Assembly (NCBI GenBank): GCA_037447605.1
Contig: CM074805.1
Location: 434,001-498,000 of the forward strand
Direction of reading: 5' to 3'
DNA: 64,000 bases
Source: Zygnema circumcarinatum SAG 698-1b
Lineage: Eukaryota > Plantae > Zygnematophyceae
The notes beneath the pieces are model-generated. The model ran no database searches, was not told where the DNA came from, and saw only the letters and a program-made list of their open reading frames with translations. Numbering within the stretch: the first letter of the stretch is position 1; every line of letters starts with the position of its first letter. A program made the position numbers and the translations under genes. Positions 57,925-64,000 of this stretch are shown piece by piece.

Positions 57925-60178
57925 ATGGATGTGGATCCACCAGCGTCGGATCCAGAGCAGCCGCGCGTTGCTCCAGAGTACCGGCAGCTCGAGAACCATG
58001 GCGATGCCCCGGGCCCGCGATGCGGCCACACGTTGACAGCTGTCGCTGCAGTAGGGGAGCCGGACACGGCGGGCTTTGTAGGGGCGCGGCTCATTCTTTT
58101 TGGGGGAGCCACGGCCTTGGAAGGGAGCGGAGGCCCGGCTACAGGAGGAGCTGCAGGAATTCGTGAGTTAGAGTCGTTTTGTGCATCTTTTAACCTTCGG
58201 AGGAAGGAAAGAGAGAAGCAGGCTGGACGGATGGATGAAGAGCTTCTGAAGAAATTGGAACGTTGAGAAGTAGAGTCAGTGGTGTCATTTAGGGTTGACG
58301 ATGCCGATTGTAGGAAGCACATCAATGTCTGGCGTTTCTTTTTTCCTAGTCTTGGGGGGATGTCTTGAGTGTGATTTCTGAATTCGGTCTTCCCTGGAAT
58401 GCCTCTTTATGCAATCGGATGACGAATGAGGCTGTCGGGGGCATATGGTCTGAGGACTTTCCGTCCTCCGCAAGTTTGACGGCGGCACGATTAAGGAAAA
58501 TAGGATTGAATAGTCAGGTCGGAATTGCCGGCTGGCAAAAAAAATTTGTGCCACATTAGGGTTTGGTAATTCTTGTTGTGGTGTCCTTCTCTTTTGCAAT
58601 AGTCCTAATAGGTAGTCCCTTTCAGGTAAAGTAGATTCATGAACACAAGAGCAAATCCTTTAGGTGTTGTTATTTTCTATGTGTTTTTGTTTAATATTCT
58701 GGGTGTTCGTTGCCCCTTGTTCTACAGGTTTGGCAGGAGCGACTGCAGATGTACACAGCTTTGATGTGAACACCAGAACCTGGACCAAGTAAGGCTCTGC
58801 TTTGCTGCTGATTTCTTCGGTAGCCGAGGGCAGTAACCCTAAAATGACCATTGATGCCAGTTTTGCAATGAGGGTGCTTGTGAAGGCGATGGACACAGCC
58901 GAGCTTGTCATGAACTTGTCACGCACACTTTCAATCAGCAGAATGGAGTTTGTTGTTGGAATTGGCAACTGAGCAGTATCCTTTTTCCCGTTTCCACTCT
59001 TTTCTTCGCTCCCTTATTCGGTGAGAAAGAATAAGCAAAGAGGGACAGAAACTAATCTGTAACGTGGTTGTTCCAAACAGACTGCAACCGTTGGGGGAGC
59101 CTCCTTCTCCACGGGCTGCACATGCTGCCACTGCCGTTGGAACAATGGTGGTCATACAGGCATGTCATCCATTAATTTGTTCTCAAGCATCTGCAAAAGC
59201 ACTCAGTCCTTTGAGTCTCTTAATAGCCCTGCCAGTTGCTCCGCCAATTGTTGGTTCTAGGTCATCAGCCTGACCTTTTCCCCCCCTTGTTTTCCTTCAA
59301 GAAACCCTATTGTTTCTTGCAGTGTCTGCTTTGATGCTTACTGTATCCTCTTTCATATGCGTTTTACTGGCTTGGTGGTGGAACAGGGAGGAATCGGGCC
59401 TGCTGGACTCGCTACTGACGATTTGCATGTTCTCGAATTGACACAAGCCAAACCTAAATGGCATAGGTAGGATACTCTTAATGGAATGTCACTAAATATA
59501 ACGAGTATCCGCTTCCATTTTCTCTCCACCAACGTCTAAAACAGCAGCCGACCGAGTTGGACTCGAGTCAAATAAAGCTTGATTAGAAATGAACTGTCGA
59601 AGCAATTTGCTATAAGTTGGGCTTTATAGCTATTTATTTTGTTAGTCGAGGAGGCTATCGTTTGCGAGGATGAAGGAACGCTCTCTCAGTAGAATTTTCT
59701 TGGTTGGTTTTGTTCCGGCAGAGTGGTTGTGCAAGGGGCCGGACCCGGACCTCGATATGGTCATGTAATGGCGCTTGTGGGGCAGCGATTTCTATTGTCA
59801 ATCAGCGGGAACGATGGTCAGCAGCTCACCTCAATTCCATACTTGAAAGTTACTTTTGCCAAATGTGCTATCCACTGCAGAGAAGTACTCACTACAGCTA
59901 TGAAGTAGTGAAGCATCTGCAATCACGGCGAGGATGTGACCAATTTTTTTGGCCTTTCGTTCAGTTGACCTGATTTATTCATGAGTTGAGAGAATGAAAC
60001 TGAATCGCATGGAGCAGCTTTGGGGTAAATGTGTCTTTTGCAGGCAAGAGACCCCTTGCAGACGTGTGGTCGTTAGACACTGCAGCAAAACCATATGAAT
60101 GGAGGAAGCTGGAGCCTGAGGGAGAGGGCCCCCCTCCCTGCATGTATGCACTTCACCCCATGCAGAATCTCATCTCTT

Positions 60179-60216
<38 letters not shown>

Positions 60217-63200
60217 CGTCCTCCCACTCTCTCCATTTTCTGGTGAGAGATTGCGCTAAGCATGGGTGAAAATTTCAAGCGCGAAAGAGTTGTACTTTTT
60301 CCCCTAGAAAGCGTGTTACAGATCATCAGATCTTTGCTTTCTGGCCCTGCTATTTGTTGACTTCTCACGTAGTATGCTACAAGCTGAGCAAAGGAGGGGG
60401 GCTGCAGGTACTCTACTGCGAGTGCCCGTTCCGACGGACTTCTCCTCCTTTGTGGAGGGAGAGATGCCAACAGTGTGGTATGCTGCACTGTACAACCCAT
60501 CGATCTGTCCCCACTCCTTCTCGTCGATATAATCATAAAAAATATAGCGACTCTTATATAAATCCTCGCACATTTTGGATCTACACTTTTTCTACTTTTC
60601 AACTTGAGCAGTTTGATATAAGGCTGGAGTGATGTCCAAATTCATCTATTTGAAGATATTGCAGAACCAATGCCCATGACTATTTTACTGAAGCAGGTTG
60701 GCTGATAACGCTGCAGCGGTCGCTTAACAGATGCCCCACACATGTAGTCCGTGTGTTAGGTTTATACTTCATTTTTGTGAATTTAAACTCTTCTTTTGTG
60801 GAATTTGCAGCCTTTGGCGGGTGCATATGGTCTGGCCCGCCATCGAGATGGGAGATGGGAATGGGCGTTAGCCCCCGGAATCTCTCCCTCCGCTCGCTAC
60901 CAACATGCTGCAGTGAGTCTCTCTTTCCTCTGGCAAATTCAGGGAGTTTAGGCATCTAGAATTTCCTTTTTTAACCGCTTAAGGCCCATGTCAGGGGCTG
61001 CAGCTCTTGCTTGATCTTGCATTTTTACCTCGATTTCAATTTCCTTCCATTTCCCCTTAAAAACACAGTTTTCAGTTTATCTTCATTTCTGTGGTGGTTT
61101 CAGGTATTTGTCAACGCAAGGCTTCACGTGTCAGGAGGAGCGTTGGGAGGGGGGCGCATGGTAGAGGATTCGTCAAGTGTAGCCGGTACGTTCTTCAGCT
61201 TCATAATAATGTCCATATTTAAACCACATACTTCAAATTTGGAACTGAGAATAAGAAAACCTTTCGAATCTTTGAAACAAACGAGTCGGTGAGACCCAGT
61301 GAACCTAATACTCTGATCCTGCCTTTCTACCTCGATTCTCCCATGTTTCCCATCACTAATCACATTGATTATTGATTATTGATTATTGATTGATTGATTT
61401 TTTATTTTTGCTTCTCTCCAAGTGTCGGCGACTCGACTAGATAGCACATATAGCATATGCTCTAAATACCCTAAAATTCACCATAATCTGATCTGTTGGG
61501 GGGTGCGTGATTGCGAGAATGCAGTTCTCGATACTACCGCCGGTTTGTGGTGTGATCGGAAGTCCGTGGTTACTTCCCCTCGAACCGGAAGATATAGTGC
61601 CGATGCTCCCGGAGGAGAGGCTTCCATAGAGCTCACTCGGAGATGCAGACATGCAGCCGCTTCTGTGGGAGAATGCATCTACACTTATGGGGGGCTCCGG
61701 GGAGGTAATATTCATATATATCCGCAACTCTCTTTTAATCATCCCAGAGACATCTGCTGGTCATCGGTCGATTGATCGACTTTTTGAATACCTACTTTTC
61801 TTTGTCTCCTTTTTTCAAGCTGTAGCTCTCTTGTGCGAGCTAAAATGAACTCTGTTTCTGACCCTTTTTTTCTATGTGCATTATGTGCTTCTTCAGGCGT
61901 GCTTTTAGACGACCTGCTGATTGCAGAAGACTACTCAACTTCCGATCCGGCGAGTCCGAACTCCTCAGAGTCGACTATCAGTGTGGGGTCCCCTTCTCTC
62001 TCTTCTGAAAAGGAGTTGGAAAGCGGAGAAGAGTCTGCGAAAAACAAGGTGGAAATGAGCCCTCCAGTGGCCCCCCCACCAGAAGGCTCGGAAGATGAAG
62101 ATATCAACACAAAGAATGCGATGGAACGGGACAAATCGTAGGCTTTCATTGAACCCTACCATGCATGCTTTATAGTTATGCACATTCTCAAGGGAGATGA
62201 AAACACAGACTTGCCCTACTACTCCACATTTGCACTGTATCTCCAACCAGTGCATGCATTAGTGGTATTTTGCATGTAGTTTTATTAGAGTATGTACAGG
62301 GCTGGAATGCTTACAACCCACATGTTGACTGTATACAGACTGGATGAAGCGAGTGGGAGAATTCTCCGGAACATTTCCACAGAGGAGGCGAACGCGGCTC
62401 AAAAGGCCTTAGAGACTGCGAAGAGAGGAGCGGTTGCCAATGGGAAGGCGGAGGAGTCCAAGGAGGAGGCTATGGAGGACGAGAAGGCGGAGCCCGCCCC
62501 CAGCAAGTCCTCCTCCTCCATGCACTCCAACTTCTCTCACGCTCCCTCCGCTTCTCAGGACGTTAGGCTGAGTCCGAAAGCGGTATGGATTCTTCTTTGT
62601 ATTTTTTTTTTTCTTGGGTCTATGGAGTTTTAGTCTGCAGGCTATCTATCAATCATCTTCCCTATCTTGTTTGGGGTGTTTTTGGTAAAATCTGTTTGGT
62701 AAAGCTTCTATGTGCTATGGGTTCTGTGTTACGAGACTCGTTCAGAAACCATATGACGTAATGAAATGGATTTATAGCGGAATGATAGATCATCTGTCCA
62801 TGACATTTAAAATACTTCCACAAACATCGCTCACTTTCGTTCAGCAGTAAGACGAAAATGAAGAAATCCGAGCTTCTATAAGAGTGTCACAAAAGTCTTT
62901 CGGAATTTGTTGAAGTTATAGTTTGAAACATAGCTGTTCCTAATCTTGAATTAAACGGAAATCAAGTTTGTACAAGTTTATTTCTTCGAGCGTCTCTCTC
63001 TTTGCCATCTCGTTCTTTTTTGCACTGAAAACCCACAAGCAAGTAATCAAGTACTTGGTTCTAAAGCTTGTAAAGCTGCTCGGACTCTTTTTTCCTACCT
63101 GCCAAACAGGTGGTGGTAGCAGCCGAGTCTGGGGGAGCCCTGGGGGGATTGGTCCGTCAATTGTCGATTGATCAGTTTGAGAACGAAGGGAGGAGAGTGA

Positions 63201-63751
63201 GCACCCCGGATGGAATGAAGCTCAAAGCTCGACTCACGAGGCAGCCTTCTATGCCAGCCATTCATAAAAAGGTCAGATAAGACCTTAATGTCTCACACCA
63301 CCTTTATCTACACTTCTGTGTTCCACTGCCTACTAAATTTGATCTAAATTGATCTATATATACGTATGTTTATCATTTTTTTTGGATACTTGGCTACGTA
63401 GCCTGCCCTCCTTCAACCCCAACTGCTTTTTACATGCAAGGGGAACAAAGGTTCCGTTCTCGATTCAGTTCAGTTCAGTGAGCATGTGAAGGGGCCGTAT
63501 TTCTGTTGATAGGTCATCGCCCATCTGCTAAAGCCCCGCGGTTGGAAGCCTCCCGGAAAGAGAGCCTTTTTCCTAGAACCCAATGAGGTGGCGGACCTGT
63601 GCGATGGAACGGAAAAACATTTCAAAAACGAGTCCAGTGTCCTGCAAATCCGGGCACCTGTAAAAATTTTCGGCGATTTGCACGGGCAGTTTGGGGACCT
63701 CATGCGGCTCTTTGATGAGTATGGGTCGCCCTCCACGGCGGGAGATATAAC
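57925..63751 (+). CDS. BSL: BSU1-like kelch-repeat Ser/Thr phosphatase (PPKL family), 5' part; continues past the window end
   Basis: PGPRCGHTLTAV, RLILFGGATALEG, PRAAHAATAVGTMVVIQGGIGPAG, GPRYGHVMALVGQR, AAKPYEW, RHRDGRWEW, RQLSIDQFENEGRR, KIFGDLHGQFGDLMRLFDEYG. Confidence 0.97.
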
Positions 63752-64000
63752 GTAAGTTTCTTTTTCTCCCGTATTATAATATTGTCACTGAGGGAGATGT
63801 GGGTGTTTGGCAATGAGAATGTCGCTTTGAGCGATGGTAGGGTAGTGGGACGGGGAAAAAGGAGCGTGAGTAGGGGGAAGCGAGATGGAGGAGAATGAGA
63901 GAGACAGAGAGTGCGTGAGAGGGTGTTAGAGAGAGAGAGAGAGAGTGACCAGTTGGAAATGTAGTGGTTTCGACGATGGGCGGGGAGTCTTATTTGATGA

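Overview
Eukaryotic nuclear DNA from a compact, intron-rich streptophyte green plant. A charophyte alga such as Zygnematophyceae is the best inference. It rests on plant-type genes (BSL kelch phosphatase, DUF760, DUF1005, rhamnogalacturonan lyase, At2g38780-like) packed at about one gene per 3.5 kb with microsatellite-filled GT-AG introns. About 18 genes can be reconstructed by hand. Recognisable genes: FAD oxidoreductase (partial), plastid RsgA GTPase, DUF760 protein, PL4 rhamnogalacturonan lyase, F-box/kelch, bacterial-type Orn/Lys/Arg decarboxylase, PNO1, a prokaryote-like sirtuin, DUF1005, UROD/HEME1, At2g38780-like, and BSL (partial). Several genes are unrecognised, including a 7-exon 272-aa MGxxxS protein and a small membrane protein, both invisible to the ORF track. 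Most entries in the ORF track are microsatellite or antisense artefacts. No rRNA, tRNA, CRISPR array or transposase was found. The most unusual non-coding structures are five: (i) a nested foldback at 1.1-5.1 kb carrying a near-identical inverted copy of the RsgA last intron/exon; (ii) recurrent upstream arrays of palindromic GTAC, CATG and CACGTG motifs; (iii) a degenerate TTAGGG array and a hairpin between two divergent MGxxxS unknown genes; (iv) a TIR-bounded MITE-like element; (v) two GC-AG introns. Five 10-N gaps indicate a scaffolded assembly.
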